Positions 12,270-25,982 are shown, counted from the first letter of the stretch. The stretch is 64,000 nucleotides of DNA from Carcharhinus longimanus (GCA_030264375.1 JASCQW010000081.1:53108875-53172874), one strand, 5' to 3'. Made by a program: numbers and translations. The notes: a model not told the origin generated them from the letters alone.

Positions 12270-13260
12270 TTTTGTTTCAAATCCATCTGCATTATTTTAT
12301 TTTATCCTTTCTGAATGGGGTAAGATAATCCACCTCATCATTCTCAATCTATTGGCAACCCTTAACACTACCCTCCATCTCCTGTTCTCCATTGTCCATT
12401 TGGGTGGGACAGTCACTGCTTGGTTCCATTCCTACTTAGCCTGTCATAGCTAGAAAATCAGCTGTAATGGCTTCTCTTCACACAATGCATGATTATCTCT
12501 GGATTCTCCAAATTTCCATCCGAGGCCCCCTTCCATTTCTCACCTCTGAACAATTCCACATGTACACTGACCCCACCTAGCTCTACTCCACCATCACTTC
12601 CTTTGCCTCTCGTCTTTAATTTGTTACATTGCTCATCCAGTCCTGGATGTCAAACAAACAGAATTTTCCTGTAATTAAATATGGGAAAGACCAAAGCCAT
12701 TGTCTCTGTCCCCATCTAGCCACTGACTCCATCACTCTCCCTGGCAACCGTCTGCAGCTAATCCAGACCATTCACAACCTTGGTATTGTATCTGACCACG
12801 AGATGAGTTTCTGGCAAGCTATCTGCACCAAGATTGCAAGATTACTTCCACTTCCTTTACATTGCTGACCTCATTCATGCTTTTGTTACCTTATTCCATA
12901 TATCTCATCTTCCATCTTGTTTGAAAATGAAGTGATGTGATTGAAATATGTAAAATTCTAAAGGGGTTTATGCTGGGAGGTTGTCCTCCCTGGCTGGTGA
13001 GTCTTGAACTAGACATTATCGTCCCAGAATAAGGCTAATGGTCAAATATCACTGAAATGAGGAGACATTTCTTCAACTCATTCATGGATGATCACTCATT
13101 ATGTGTATTCACACCAGAGATCCGTGATTCTTTGGATGGAAAGGGATTTGGGGATAGATTGGTAAAGTGGAGTTGAGATAGAAAATCGGCCCTGCTCTTG
13201 AAAGGGTGGAATAGGCTCAGAGTGCTCAATGGCCTACTCTTACTTCTGCTTTTATGTACA
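12270..13260 (+). mobile_element. Degenerate L2 and CR1 LINE 3' fragments
   Basis: tggttccattcctacttagc...aaatatgggaaagaccaaagccattgt (L2-like), then a CR1-like tail ending aatggcctactcttacttctg. Confidence 0.65.
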
Positions 13261-13363
13261 TAANNNNNNNNNNNNNNNNNNNNNNNNNNNNNNNNNNNNN
13301 NNNNNNNNNNNNNNNNNNNNNNNNNNNNNNNNNNNNNNNNNNNNNNNNNNNNNNNNNNNNNNN

Positions 13364-13539
13364 GTTAGGTTGATTGGCCATGCTAAGAAATTGCCCCTTA
13401 GTGTCCAGGGATGCGTAGGTTAGAGGGATTAGTGGGCATATATTTGGATATGGGGGGTAGGGCCTGGGTGGGATTATGTTTGGTGCAGACTCGATGGGCC
13501 GAAGGGCCTCTTTTGCACTGTAGGGTTCTATGATTCTAT
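13364..13539 (+). mobile_element. HE1 SINE 3' half following a 100-N gap
   Basis: gttaggttgattggccatgc...ctgtagggttctatgattcta. Confidence 0.9.
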
Positions 13540-14060
13540 AAGCCTGCCCTTACCCAGTATCCACACACACAGATGAATCACTGACAAATAAGACACTGGC
13601 TAGTTCATGGAGAAGTTTAAGGAGCTTTACAACCTTCCAGGCAGTTATTTCTACAACTTCAAATATGTAAACATTGCATCCATCATGTTTTTGTTCTGGT
13701 ATTGCCATTTAAAAGTCCCCTTGAGGACTGGCTTTGCATACGCACCATCTTTTGTGTGTTTGGGGGGAGGGGGGGGTCGTTGGTAAGAGTGCAACAACTC
13801 ATTTTTCTCATTTTTCTAAGGAACACAATTTTAAACAATAACATACATGTTACATAATTGACAACCTGACAACATGAACCATGCTGCAAAGATAACAGGG
13901 TACGGTTAGATCACAAGAGCCTTGCACAATGCATAATGGTTTCTGCAATCAGTTCTAGGATTCACATTGATCAGAGAATAAAATCTGCAAAATTATGAAA
14001 TCATTCGACCTTCACAATTGCCCTACAAGTGTAATCTAAGATCATAAAAATGCAATTCAC

Positions 14061-14258
14061 CTTGAATTTGCCATGAGATTAATGCCCGCTGCCCCAGGTT
14101 TTGAAATCTGCCGGATCACATTCAACAACCGCTCATGTGTAGGATCCAGCTGACGTATGAATTCTGGATCTTTGGCAACTTCGACAACCAATGCCTCCAT
14201 TCCTGCACGCAAAGCAACAATTGCAGCTGCTGTATAGTGAGGCATCTTCAACTTTATC
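14061..14258 (-). CDS. DHX9: DHX9 exon 27 (penultimate)
   Basis: 198 nt, phase 2-2; IKLKMPHYTAAAIVALRAGMEALVVEV...RQISKPGAAGINLMANSR; donor gtgaat. Confidence 0.96.
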
Positions 14259-14543
14259 CTACAAGGTATAAATTATATTTAGTATTTAACATTACCAATG
14301 TCAAACAAATCAACAAGTTATTTGTTGGTCTGCAAAAGCCACCTTAGAATTAATGAGAACTGAAAAGTAAAACCATACAACAATAAATAATGATATACTT
14401 AAACCAATGGAAAGCATTTCTTGTTGCAGAATGCTTCATTTTGTCCAGTAAAAGGCAAAATTACAAATAATTTTTGGGAGAACAAAGTTAATATGAATAC
14501 ATTCCAGTGTTAGAATTGGCAATATTAATAATTTCCCACCTTA

Positions 14544-14855
14544 TAGAACCATAGAAACCCTACAGTGCAGAAAGAGGCAATCTGGCCCAAAGAGTCTGAA
14601 CCAACCACATTCCCACCCAGGCCCTACCCTCATATCCCTACACATTTACCCGCTAATCCCACTAACCTACACATCTCAGGACACTAATTTTAGCTTGGCC
14701 AATTAACCTAACCCACACATTGTTGGACTGTAGGAGGAAACCCACACAGACACAAGGAGAATGTGCAAACTCCACACAGACCCAAGCCGGGTATCGAACT
14801 CAGGTCCCTGGAGCTGCAAAGCAGCAGTGCTAACCACTGTGCTACCGTGCCGCCC
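14544..14855 (-). mobile_element. HE1 SINE
   Basis: Near full-length reverse-complement copy. Confidence 0.9.
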
Positions 14856-16319
14856 TATATCCCTAGATATTTCTCTACTAAAATGGATGTTCCATTGCAA
14901 ACCTAGGAAGTAGGTATCAACTTCAATGCCCCAGGAAACAGTCATTACCCTAAATGCAGACGCATTTTGTAATACACATTATTTTTAAAAATAGCTTAAG
15001 TAGAGGATTGCAGGTGCATATAGTGGTGACAAACCAAACACAGAATGCTTCAAGTATCTTGAGAATGTTGTAAACTACTATATCATATTCTTAACAGGAA
15101 GAAATACATTCATCAGAGACTGCTTGACTCAGATTTGGAGGGGCTGGTTATCCCAGCGGTTGCACTGCTTTTGTAACGCAGCGGGCCAGGGGACTTGAGT
15201 GGAGGCCATTACATAGGCTCCTTGCTGGTCAGCACATCCCCTGAGCGTCTCCGGCAGCTGTATTTTGGGCGCCAAGCTGCATAATTTATTTACTCACTCT
15301 GACCCTGCTGGAGTGCAAGAGGGGCCATCAAGGCCTCCCAGAGGTTTCCCCTTGGCATTGCCCAAGAAAATAAAGTGCCAATGCATTTTGGCACTGCCCA
15401 CCACACAAGACAGGGCCTAATAGGGGGCGGGACCTCTTGCTGCCACTCTACATTTGGGCTGTATGACAGAGGAAGGGAGGCCAGCTAGCGGGGCTGGTAG
15501 CGGTGAAGTGGACTGGGGAGATTCGAGGCAGGGTTGTGGGGGGTCAAACTGGCCTGGGCATGTTGGAAGTGATTGCAATTTGGTCATGGGTCAGTGATCT
15601 GGAGGCCAGCACTGTGAGACCACTGCGCTTGCACCAATCTCAGTGCTGACAGATCAGTACATGCACAGTGGCCCACTCAGCGCTATGCTGGTGGCCTCTT
15701 CAGTGGGTATAAGCCCCACCTCCTGACTTTTGGAGTGATTCACACTAATGCACTCAGTACTCACAGTGAGAGAGAGATTAGTTTTGAAATGCCCGCTGAA
15801 GAAACCACCGTGATTTATTGGGAGAAACTACCCATTGCCGCCACCACCCCGGGGACATTTTCCCAAAGGGAGCAATTCAGCTATCACAGCTAAAATATAT
15901 GAATACTTCCATGAAAGTCTCTTCAGCACTATTTAGTCACTGGAAAGATCATTTGCATGAACAGGTTATGAAACTTTGCCAGCTCCAGTAACAGTTGTAA
16001 TTCAAACACAGTGAAATTTAAGTGAACAGAAGTAATAAATTCAATATCATTTCTCAGAAATTGTAAAGTTCCAAATGGGAGAGGAAAATGAATAATAATT
16101 CACTGGTTGGATCACAAAATAGGCGGCTTTTAAAAGCCAATGATCATGTAGTACTACACTTTTACATGACATTACTTAACACTATCAAATGTAATCTTTT
16201 TGAATCATCTAACCATGATTAGACACAGGACAACTGATAGACTGAAATGATCCTTCATCAATTATTAAGCTCCAACAGAAACTGAAACTAATAGTTTGTG
16301 GAATTTCAAATTTTCTTAC

Positions 16320-16435
16320 CATTCATCCATCAGAATAATTTCTCCATTTGCAGTTACCTTCTTCGAACCATAGAAGAGTAATTGGAGTGGGCTAACCAAA
16401 GTCATTGCCTTTGCAGATACAGCCCGAGTTCGTAT
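16320..16435 (-). CDS. DHX9: DHX9 exon 26
   Basis: 116 nt; IRTRAVSAKAMTLVSPLQLLFYGSKKVTANGEIILMDEW. Confidence 0.96.
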
Positions 16436-17231
16436 CTGAGGAGAAATACCTGCCCATCAATATCTCAGGAATTGGCCAAGCCAGTTATTTTTCAACACTT
16501 AAACATTTTTCAAAGCAAATTTGTTAAACTTAAGGAAAAAACAATAGGATACAATGTTGCCTGGCCATACCTCAGATTCTAACACAACAATAAATTAATC
16601 ACAGCATGAAATGCAAATCTCTCCAGTTTGAAAGATTCTGTTTTAAGAGATTTGAAGTGAAGAATTAGACTAAGTACTCGGTAAAAATTCAATTTTATTC
16701 ATATTCTGCACATCTTCATATGTGCAGCCAGCCGGTCAGAGGAGCAGGGGGGAAGGCAGCCAAGGCAGCCGGTTTGGTGGGGGGGGGGGGTGACAATTCA
16801 GCTGGTTGGAGGAGTCAGGGAACCAGCAGTTGGCTAGGAAAATTCAAAGTAAGATAAATTGTGCAATTAAAATTGTCCTATAGGAGAGGTTGATTTTAGT
16901 GGGCCAGGTCATTGAGTATATTTGAGACGGAGATAAATACGTTCCTGATTGGTAAGGGGATCAAAAGGTTATGGGGAAATGCAGGAGAATGGGGTTGAGA
17001 AACCTATCAGCCACGATCGAATGGCTGAGTACTCTCAATGGGTCAAATGGCCTAATTATGCTCCTGTATCTTATGGTCTAAAGGTTTAACAGGAGGAACT
17101 ATGGGAAACAAGGCAGAAAACAAATTAAGTGGAAATTAGTAAATATTCATCTGCGAGTCAAAATGTCTGAAATGAAATAAATGTTCAGAACAGCCTGAAA
17201 AGCAAGTAGTTTGCACTAGTACATTACTCAC

Positions 17232-17461
17232 CTTTTCCCCAAACACAAAGAATGGAGAAGGGTACTTTGTATCTTGATTGCTGAAGGGACAATTAACAGA
17301 AGACTTATGGATAAGTGCATTGCGTCCCTCTGTAGTTAAGATCTTTCTTTTTTCCTTGTGGTAGCAGACATTGGGATAAAGTCCAAAGCAAAGAAGTGAG
17401 ATAACCACATCAAGGTTATTATCAGGTCCAGTATTGTTAAATACTTGTGTTATCAAGCACT
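17232..17461 (-). CDS. DHX9: DHX9 exon 25 (OB-fold)
   Basis: 230 nt; [40 protein letters not shown]...[10 protein letters not shown]. Confidence 0.97.
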
Positions 17462-18559
17462 CTGTTTAGAAGAAAAAGTGTTTCAATTAACATCTGCTTC
17501 AGAAGTCTGCTTAAGGTAAGCAAAAGGACAAAAATTCTAGTTGTAAACTACCACAACTATGTTAATGTGGAATACAAGTCTCAATGCTGCAGATACGCAA
17601 TGAATGAAATTAGGCTCATGTATTAAACTTACTATCCAGGTGGATTCCTGTGTAAACCTATGCAGCTTTCATAAGGCATTTGTTAAACTTTAGCTATAAA
17701 CAATGTGCAATTCTGGGTACCCAATGCCAAGATTTTGGAGACGGTTTAGTGGAGATTCAAAGAAATGATACCACAGTCGAGGGACTTCATTTAGTGGAGA
17801 GATTGGAGAAGTTGAATTGTTCTCCATAATGTTCTAACATATTATGGGTTTTGGAGTAAATAAGGGTAAACCGTTTTCTGCTAGCAGGAGGATAGGGAAT
17901 AAAGGGTCACAGTTTTAAGGTAACTGACAAAGAAACCAGAGGGAAGAAGGGAACTTTTTTTTTTTAAAGGCAGTTAAGTTACAACGATCCGAAATGTACT
18001 GTCAGAGAAGAGTGACGGAAGAAGACACAAAGGTAACATCCATTGGAAGTTAGGTAAATACTTGAAGGGGGAAAAATTGCACCGTGATAGGAAAAGAGCA
18101 GAGGCGTGGGACAGCTCTTTCAAAGAGCAGACACAAGCACAGATAGACCAAACAACCTCTTTGTGTGACATGCTTTGAGAACTCCTGCAACAAAGAGCAT
18201 TATCTGAGAGAGGGCAAGGAAGCTTTTCAACCAGGTGTTGCCAACAGTGCTTTGAAACTGTTCAGACCACCAAACTCTAAAGCAAGATATTGATTCCTTC
18301 CAGACATTGAATGATTACAGCATGTCATCAAGTTGATACATATACCCAGGTTTTTTTTAAAAATTGTCTTTTATAAGATTAAACAGGAATAGTGCACATT
18401 ATTTTCAATGAAAACACACAAATACAGTACATCACTTGAAATACTTCTACTTTATCTCAGTTTTATAATCTTAAAATATTTCTGAATCCTACATAAAAAT
18501 AAATTACATATTAGACTTCATAACATCTAATGAACAATTAAAAAAATGCGTAGCATTAC

Positions 18560-18687
18560 CTTCAGGGAAGCCAGAATTGATAAGGATATCCTTTAGCTGA
18601 ACCTTAGCTTCCCATGTCATCCGCAAAGTTGCCATATTTAACCTTTTATGATCACAAAACCGCATTTCCGCATCTTCTCCTCCCATT
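18560..18687 (-). CDS. DHX9: DHX9 exon 24
   Basis: 128 nt; MGGEDAEMRFCDHKRLNMATLRMTWEAKVQLKDILINSGFPE. Confidence 0.97.
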
Positions 18688-18810
18688 CTAGGAAAAAGTG
18701 GAAATACAAATACAGATATGATGAAGCTTACAAAATTGATAAAGTACTATACGAAAACGTAAACAATATTTGACAGGGATTTGTTCTCATGTTTATTGCT
18801 GGAATAATAC

Positions 18811-18972
18811 CTTGCATCATCCCAGGCCTGAAAAACAGAAAGCAGAGCCACATGGTCCGAAAATCTGGTTCCTGCAAAGTTCCTGTGCACATAACCAAGA
18901 CGTTTGCCTTCATTAACAAAAGGCTCTGGAAAACAGGTAGCTGCAGATATGGTGCACACTGCATCCCCAACA
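18811..18972 (-). CDS. DHX9: DHX9 exon 23
   Basis: 162 nt; VGDAVCTISAATCFPEPFVNEGKRLGYVHRNFAGTRFSDHVALLSVFQAWDDAR. Confidence 0.97.
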
Positions 18973-19879
18973 CTGTAACAGATAAAAAAAATCTATAACA
19001 TTGCCATCAAAAGCAATAGCTTTCCAATCCTATTTAGGACAAAGACATATGTAGAAATAAAATCATACAAATGACAAGCTAGGAACAGTTGCGACTATTC
19101 AAACAAAACAAGCATTGTAATAATGTGTATTTGCATAGTGCCTTCAAAGTAAGGACCTCAGTGCTTTACATGAGCATTATCAAACAAAGTTTGACAGTTA
19201 GTCACATAAGGAGATATTAGGTAGAAGAGGAAGGCTTTGAAGGAGAAGGATGGGGAGGGAAATTCCAGGATCTATGGTGTAGGCAGCTGTTGACATCAGA
19301 GCAAGTGTGGAACAATTAAAATCAGGGATGCACACAAGAACTGGAGGTACACAGCTATCACAGATGCTTGCAGGACTGGAGAAGAATAAACAGCTATGGA
19401 GGAATAAAGTCGTGCGGGAATTTGAAAACATAAGAATCTTTAAAATCAACCAATGTAGGTCAATGAACACAGTTATGGAGGATAGAAGATGGGATATTCA
19501 CAAGTAGAAATCCTATAATACAATAATAGGGATGACAGTGGTCTGAAATTTTGCAACAAGAAGTCATTTAATTTTAGCCCTTTATGATCTATAGTGAATG
19601 CAAATGTTTTTAGGCCACTTCAAATCAATCAAATTGTTATATGTAAAACAGATGGAAAAATGTGTTTTCCCTCTGTTACCTTCTATTACCATCTAGACTG
19701 TGGATTAATGCACTTGTATAAGATCACCAAAGTGTCCTCAGCATTTCTGCATTCAATGCAACTGTGCCTATGATACAAGATGAAGTCTATGCTCTCCTCA
19801 TCCTAATTTTGTACAAACTGACCAGGCAAGATGCTCATCCCATGTCTGATGTCCAACTTGCCCGCAGTCTGAAGTGTTT

Positions 19880-20525
19880 CAAATGCCACAAACCCACCTA
19901 CCCTTGATAACCTTTGACTTTCTTGCTAACAAGAATCCACGTACTATCACCTTAAAAATATTCAATGACCTTGCTTCCACCACCTTCTGAGACAGAAAGC
20001 TACAAAGTCACACAGCCCTTAGGAAGAATTTTTTCTCATCTCTATCCTAAAAACAACTCCCTAATTTTAAAAACAGTGCTCCTAAGCTCTGAGGCCCCAG
20101 CACAAACCCATGGGATTCTACTTGTCATTTCCTGCCAATCAGTAAAATACCCATTTATGTATACACTGTTTTGTGTCAGCCAGTCAATCTTCTATCCATG
20201 CTAATATGTAATCACCTACACCATGATCTCATGTGGCACCTTATCAAATGCCTTAAAATCCAAGCACAGTATGTCTTTAGGCTCCCCTTTATCCACAAGG
20301 CATGTTGCACGTTCAAATAACTCCAATAAATTGGTTAAACATGATTTCCCTTTCACCAAACAATACTGACTCCTCCCCATTACCTCAAGTTTTCCCAAGT
20401 GCCCCCCTAAAACATTGATGATCGATTCTAATACTCCCCATGACAGATATCAAGCTAACTGATCTATAATTTCATGTTTTCTGCCTTCCTCCCTTCTTCA
20501 ATAGAGGGGTTATATTTGCTACTTT
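19880..20525 (-). mobile_element. CR1 LINE RT fragment
   Basis: ORF 20216-20398 KGKSCLTNLLELFE...LDFKAFDKVPH is a CR1 RT motif. Confidence 0.85.
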
Positions 20526-21592
20526 GGACCCACCAGCCATACCACATAATAAATCCCAACGTCCCGCTGTAACCCCCTCTGGTCAGTTGACGGAAGACAG
20601 GAAGAAGTATGACCACCTGCTTATCCTACTCTGTTACACTGTTAAGTAGAGTGAGTGAGACTGAGGGAACTAAACATACAGCTTGTTCCTTTACTTTGCT
20701 ATACATTAATGTTTTGCTATTTCAAGCTATTTTGTTGACATTTTTGAATTCACACAAGATTTCTAATTACAATTTTAGAATGTCAACATCTTAAAAATAT
20801 CAGAAATTAATTTAATTCAAAATTATAGGATCTGTATAATATTTGAAGCAGATTGTGTAACAGTATATCAAATGTGCATCTGTATGAAACTTCCTTTGAA
20901 CGTGCCTTAAATAATATATAAAAAATTCTGTGGGGATCATCAGACAACATGCAGATACAGGCAGACTTCAGGTTTGAAATGCATGAGTCTCAGATTAACC
21001 TAACAGTGGAATCCCATCACCTCAAAGTGCACCTTTAATTGTTTCTACTTTGCAACAGCAGGAAGGACTTGCATGGAAACATGACATGTCAAAAATATTA
21101 CAGGAGGTTTTGCAAAGAGTTGCTGATCTCCAGACTCTAAAATTAACTTATACTTTCAGAAATAATTAATTTGTTATACCAATAGGTAGGGATGCTGGAA
21201 GCCATTAGATCAGGAAGTAGGCTTACTGTCTCCAATTATTCTTATGTTAACTAATCAATTTTCCTTGATGAGCAATAATGAAAGCAGCATAAGACCATTA
21301 ATACAAAATCAACAGCAAAAATTCCCAGTTATTAATACTTTTCTATTGTTGACCGCACAATATTGGTTCATCCAATAACAGGTCAACAATTTTACATTTT
21401 TTCCATGCATCTTAAAGGATCTATGTAACAGATTGAGAATATTTAATGAAGCCTAAGTCACTGTCTATATGTGATTTGCATTTTCTGTTCTAAATTCCAA
21501 GTCCTGAGGCCAGCAAAGAATGACAATACTACTCTATTGAATATGATCCTTTCCCAGTAAGTCACACCAGCATTTTCTGTGCATTGACTCAC

Positions 21593-21704
21593 TGGAATAT
21601 ACAACCCATAATCATCATCTTGCCAAGACGTGGTTCAATAGGAAGTCTGGCCAAGATACGGCCCAGGGGAGTCAGTTCATCATTTGCATCTAAAGCATCA
21701 AGTT
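21593..21704 (-). CDS. DHX9: DHX9 exon 22 (HA2)
   Basis: 112 nt; [37 protein letters not shown]. Confidence 0.97.
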
Positions 21705-22061
21705 CTGCGAAAGAGGAGAAACGACAGAATTAGGATGATATTATGATCAATCAAATGGCACCATTCAATTTAGGAACTTGGTGCTGCAATATTACGCTGA
21801 GGGCTGATGAACTACATTGGAAAAACCCTCTAGAATCTTCTCAATTTAAACTATAATGAGTACATATTACTAAATGAGTTTTCATAGCTATCATTTTTCA
21901 TACATTAGGTAAAGTTAAAAAGTGGCACAATCTTATCTAAAATTAAATGTTAAGCTACAGCAAGGTAAGGTGCCTTAGTCTCTTAGGGTCATTACAGTTT
22001 TAATAATTTGTCTTTATTAAAAAAAATGAAGCAGCTTTATAACTACGTAACTAGGAGTCAC

Positions 22062-22222
22062 CTCGCAAAGTGTGTTCTGCCTCAATAACTGCATCCAGTG
22101 GTGGGGGTTCGATAGCTTTAGCCAAAAATGGTCCAATTCCTCCTAGGCGAAGAAGCTTGATGCTCAGAGCAACTTCGTGAAGAGGCGTGCGAAATATCTC
22201 CGGAGTCATGTGTGTTTCAAGT
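22062..22222 (-). CDS. DHX9: DHX9 exon 21
   Basis: 161 nt; [53 protein letters not shown]. Confidence 0.97.
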
Positions 22223-22435
22223 CTGAGAGTGGGCAAAGATTGGTTGATGATGAAAGAAGAACGTCTTGTTTCCTGGAACAATTTTAAAATCAATTCTGCA
22301 AATTTGAAATCTATTTCAATAAACTTGAACCTGACTACAAAGCTACAAAAAAAAAGGAAGCTCACTGACTTGCATTGGAAGGCAAACCACACAGGCACAT
22401 GTTTGCTTACATTGAAGTTGAAATTTAATTCATAC

Positions 22436-22588
22436 CTCTCAAACCGTGCCCTGCTACAGAGATGGAAGCAGAATCCAGGACGGACACGCCCTGCTCTACC
22501 CCGTCGTTGTTCCAAATTGGTTTTTGAAGCCCACACTGTCGCATAGTTGGTCATGTTGTTGTGAGATGTAAATAGTTTCATTTTTTGC
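22436..22588 (-). CDS. DHX9: DHX9 exon 20 (motif VI)
   Basis: 153 nt; [51 protein letters not shown]. Confidence 0.97.
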
Positions 22589-24539
22589 CTGAAAAGCAAG
22601 TTTAAATAAGACAAAAATTGAACAGTTATCAAGTAACTTTTAGAAGTGCAGTAAAGACATGATATAATCTTGATTACTTGAGGGATATGTATCAATGACA
22701 AAAACAGTGTGGTATGAGCATGGTCAACACTAACAAATTGACAGATACTGATTAGCTGCTTATATTCACATTCTGCAAGCAAATTAGTTATCTTGTGCTT
22801 TCTTCCAAATGCCAGCATTTTAAGTAACAACATATTTTAGCAACAACATATTTTAAAAACAACAGGTGGATCACAGCAATCAGTACTGAATTATCATGTA
22901 ATAAATAAACCACTTGTACTACACTTTGGTCCAGTAAATTAGTATGCAGTTTCAGCACAAATCCACTGGATGGCAGTGCAGAAAGCTTTTCATTTCTGAA
23001 ACACAACAGCCCAGATTTTGTTGCAAGAAGAATGACAAAGCTCAGTTCTCATCATCTTTAGGGAGTACATCAGATAGCACCTTAGCAGCATCCACAAATC
23101 TGTTAAGTGTAGAAATCAGGACAATGCTATACGGCCTACAAAACACCCTCACAAACTTAGCTTTGCTGGTACCTCAACAAGAGACTTGGCATCGAAACGC
23201 ACAGTATGTGAAGTTGCAGTGCTTACCCACCTAACAAATGTTAAACACTCCAGACAATGGTAGTGTTTGTCCATTCCAGCATAAATAATTTTTTAAACAG
23301 CTGTGTAAATTGTAATTACAGGCAACTATCTCTTGCACTGACATTTTAAGAGGTGTGAAGTCTCAGTCCTTCATTTTTAATTATTGAAGATGTTCTGGAC
23401 ATGTGCTAAATGTTTGACATTAAACAAGCTGAACAGCAGAGGGGTTAAAAAATTTATAGTTATATAGCACTTCTAATGTCCTCAGAATGCCCAACGCATT
23501 TCACAGCCAATGTACGACTTTTGAAATGTGCTCATTGTTGTGTGTGCAAATGTAGCAACCAAAGTTAACACAGCATGATCCCACAAAGAACAACATTCAC
23601 AATAACTCATTTGTTAGTTTAGTTTGCTGCACCAGGCAGGCTGAATATGCTTTATTGAATAGCCACTTGGTAATACAAAACTTGAATTTGCTGAAAAAGA
23701 TACAAAATGCTGAAGCTCTTCATTTAACACTCCACAGGACAAATGAAAAATGCCAAATTTCAAATGATCACAACAATTTATATTACAGAAGGTAAGGGTG
23801 CCAACTGGTCAACAAATCAACTCTGATTGGCCAAGACATTGCCATGGTAAAAAAAAAGGGGAAGCTATAGACAGTCCATGTACCCAAGTTATTCAATAAA
23901 AAAAGCACAAGTCTTGAATTAATTCCTTCTGTTTTCAGAGAATAGGTGACTGTTAACTGCACTTCTAGCTAAAGTAAATGAGCCTATGTTATACGCTTGG
24001 CTGATAGGATAACCCTCACGAGGCCCATGGGGAATCACCGATTGGTCTCCCTGTGGGGTTTTTTGAGTACAAGTTCTCCTGGTAACAGGCAGTAGCTTAC
24101 CTAGCTGGAACTCATTACCAAAGTCTTTTATAAGTTAGGCCCAGGACTGAACCTGCTGAACTGCAGTACCAGGCAGGGATTAGTGTGTGCCCATCATGGT
24201 TGTGGATTTATTAATAATAATAAATGATGTTCCTTTCAAGTTGCGTTTCCTGCGTTATTATAGAACATAGAACACTACANNNNNNNNNNNNNNNNNNNNN
24301 NNNNNNNNNNNNNNNNNNNNNNNNNNNNNNNNNNNNNNNNNNNNNNNNNNNNNNNNNNNNNNNNNNNNNNNNNNNNNNNAAATCTGTGTCCTCTCGTAGC
24401 GGCCATTTCAACCCGGGGAAATAGCCTCTGAGAATCCACCCTATCTATTCCTCTCAGCATTTTATAAACCTCTATCTAATTGATTATCTTAAACTGATTG
24501 TTAATGCAGCTTTTAGCTCAGTCAGGATTGCACCAGCAC

Positions 24540-25390
24540 TGATATTCATACTTGATGATGCTCAAATGTATGGCAGGCAGAATGTCTTTTTGGGTTGACT
24601 GCAGCATCATTACATAGGAAGATCATGTTGCCGTTACTCCACACTCTCCTCTTTAGCTTGGACATTACATAACTGTAGCTTCTGAAATGCACAAGTTTAT
24701 TTCACCATTAAGTGACTGAATGCTGGTGATTGTGAAGCTATTAGCAACGTCCAACATTGTTAATGCTGGTAGTATGGCAACATCCTGGACCATGACATTC
24801 ACCTTCCTGATGCTGACAGTCAAACCAAACTCGTTACAAGAATGAGAGTCTGTCCATTTGCTGCTGAAGTAGTTCCTCAATATAGAATGCTCATGTGGCA
24901 CTAAGCAACTAACTCTCTGTAAATGACCTGGGGCATATGCCAGGAAGAAAGAATATGCCAAAGTATGTCAGCACCACAACACAAACCTGTTTGACCCCAT
25001 TACAGATAACAAAGGGGTACAATGTTGCTCTCTCATCACTGACCCTACCCATCTAGTTGCCATGGGAAGAGGAGATCACATTAAGCCAATTTTTTCCAGT
25101 AGCAAATAGACCACCTCTGCTCATATGGTTGAATGCCTTGGTGAGATTGATGAAGGTAATATACAATGGTCTCCTTTGTTCGCAGCATTTCTCTTGCAAC
25201 TGTTGGAATGCGAAGACCACGTCAACTGTAGATATCCCAGCTTCAATGTCATATTGGAATTTGGGGTAGATGCATTCAGCCAGGATCTGCAGTCTGACTA
25301 GGTCAATGTAGGCAAATACTTTCCTCATGATACTCAGCAGACAGATGCCTCCGCAGTTGTTTCGATCATTGTGGTCATCTTTGTTCTTGT
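24540..25390 (-). mobile_element. RTE-clade LINE RT fragment
   Basis: STVDVVFAFQQLQEKCCEQRRPLYITFINLTKAF and CNEFGLTVSIRKVNVM motifs. Confidence 0.85.
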
Positions 25391-25982
25391 CTTACATATG
25401 TTGCTGTGAGCCAGAGTCCAGACTGTCAAAGGTTTCCATTTAGCCTGCCAATTAAAGTTCAAAATACACCAAGTGGAAGTGAGATTTTGTAGGTAGTTGC
25501 TCCTCTAATCACAGAAAGTTTCTCCCCTGTGCTTTCTGCGGATAGAGCTCCAAGCTCAAACACCCATTGCAGCAGATGGACTGTGGCAGGATAGCAACGT
25601 ACTAGTCAGGGGCTGCCCAACGAGGTTGATCAATAGAAACCCAAGTCCCTCCCACTGTTCCCCATGCCCATTCATTTGGGACTATTTTTAGCACAAACTC
25701 AAAAGCAGAACACGCACTAGACTCACCACATTGCCCTATTGGGACACACTTTCAACCAAAACCATAGAAACAGATTAACTGGTCATTGTCTCATTTTTGA
25801 TCGTGGGAAATGACAGTAATACACTGGGTGGTGTACTCACCTCTTAATTAACAATTACTACACTTCAAAGATTGGCTGTGAAGTACTTTGGATCATCCTG
25901 AACACAATACACATATTGATGCCAGTTAACATGTACAAACCATAATCTCCTCAAAATTCAAAATGCAAAGCTGCTCACTCAC

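Noticed and set aside
18688-18810. Second 3n-length short DHX9 intron (123 nt) as an in-frame retained intron
   Set aside because: It contains an in-frame stop at 18749-18747.
22244-22336. C/D-box-like motifs (tgatga...ctga) suggesting an intronic snoRNA
   Set aside because: They lie on the plus strand, antisense to the host gene DHX9, with no convincing terminal stem.
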